DNA of 64,000 nt from Candidatus Methanomethylicia archaeon (GTDB taxonomy: Archaea; Thermoproteota; Methanomethylicia; CALHIW01): positions 1 to 64,000 of the forward strand of contig JAWBQF010000011.1 in NCBI GenBank assembly GCA_038845975.1, read 5' to 3'. The notes under the pieces were generated by a model. The model was given only the letters and a program-made list of their open reading frames with translations, was not told the DNA's origin and ran no database searches. Shown here one piece after another: positions 63,264 to 64,000 of the stretch. How positions within the stretch are numbered: the first letter of the stretch is position 1; the number at the start of each line of letters is the position of its first letter. Position numbers and translations under genes: made by a program.

Positions 63264-64000
63264 ATGAGTGAAGAATTTATTGTTACCCCATGGGAGGTTA
63301 AAGGGTTTGTTGATTATGATAGGCTAATCAGGGAGTTTGGGACACAGCCATTAACTGATGATATTCTAAATAGAATTCATAAATTAGCTGGTGAACTTCA
63401 TGTTCATTTAAGACGTAAAATATTTTTTTCTCATAGAGATTTTGATTGGATTCTTGATAAATATGAGGCTGGTGAAAAGTTTATCTTATATACTGGTAGA
63501 GGTCCATCAGGCCATACTCATTTGGGTCATTTACTTCCATGGTTTTTTACAAGGTGGCTTCAGGAGAAGTTTAATGCTAAACTTATATTTCAAATGACTA
63601 ATGATGAGAAGTTTCTCTATAGATACGACTTAAGTATGGAAGATGCTCTAAAATTTTCATATGAGAACTCTTTAGATTTAATAGCATTAGGCTTTAAGCC
63701 TGAAAGAACAGTAATACTTATTGATACCCTAGCTTCCAAAACCCTATATAATATAGCTATAAAAATTGCGAAACATGTTACAACATCAACTGTTAAAGCA
63801 ATATTTGGATTTGAAGATAGTACAAATATTGGAATGATATTTTTCCCAGCAATTCAGGCAGCGCCATGTTTTATCGAATCTGTTCTTCAGAGTAGGAATA
63901 TACCATGTCTAATTCCTGCTGCCATAGATCAAGATCCCTACTGGCGTATGACAAGGGATGTGGCTCCTAAAATAGGATTTTATAAGCCAGCCCAAGTACA
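63264..64000 (+). CDS. trpS: Tryptophanyl-tRNA synthetase, archaeal type (partial, runs off window)
   Basis: MSEEFIVTPWEV..DYDRLIREFG, YTGRGPS..HLGH, AIDQDPYWR. Confidence 0.95.
   Translation, partial: MSEEFIVTPWEVKGFVDYDRLIREFGTQPLTDDILNRIHKLAGELHVHLRRKIFFSHRDFDWILDKYEAGEKFILYTGRGPSGHTHLGHLLPWFFTRWLQEKFNAKLIFQMTNDEKFLYRYDLSMEDALKFSYENSLDLIALGFKPERTVILIDTLASKTLYNIAIKIAKHVTTSTVKAIFGFEDSTNIGMIFFPAIQAAPCFIESVLQSRNIPCLIPAAIDQDPYWRMTRDVAPKIGFYKPAQV

Overview
AT-rich archaeal chromosomal segment. Archaeal markers include pantoate kinase, phosphopantothenate synthetase, deoxyhypusine synthase, archaeal TrpRS and TATA boxes about 25-35 bp before many starts; the host is plausibly an anaerobic Thermoproteota-type lineage (inference). 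In order, the window carries: a peptide-ABC binding protein, ubiX, an Fe-S ferredoxin, a bacterial-type GAPDH and a broken tandem-cyclase gene; an IS-bounded island with a split peptide ABC transporter, non-pyrrolysine MttB, N-acyl-D-amino-acid deacylase and M20 peptidase; Lrp and PhoU regulators, the archaeal CoA operon and dys; MscS and a gpgS-RCK-HAD operon; an 11-gene transketolase-shikimate-tyrosine operon whose first gene is a winged-HTH/transketolase fusion, preceded by a candidate operator half-site and an out-of-frame SD-led uORF; gcvH with a flavin disulfide reductase, a membrane Fe-S/CCG oxidoreductase and etfBA; a tRNA-repair cluster; a hypothetical/radical-SAM pair, an unannotated zinc-ribbon microprotein, a candidate C/D sRNA, pfkB and partial trpS. 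Intergenic DNA holds many decayed IS6/IS5 elements and at least three MITE families, including a ~60-bp IS6-derived one. No CRISPR, rRNA or tRNA was seen. All calls come from reading motifs by eye; no searches were run.
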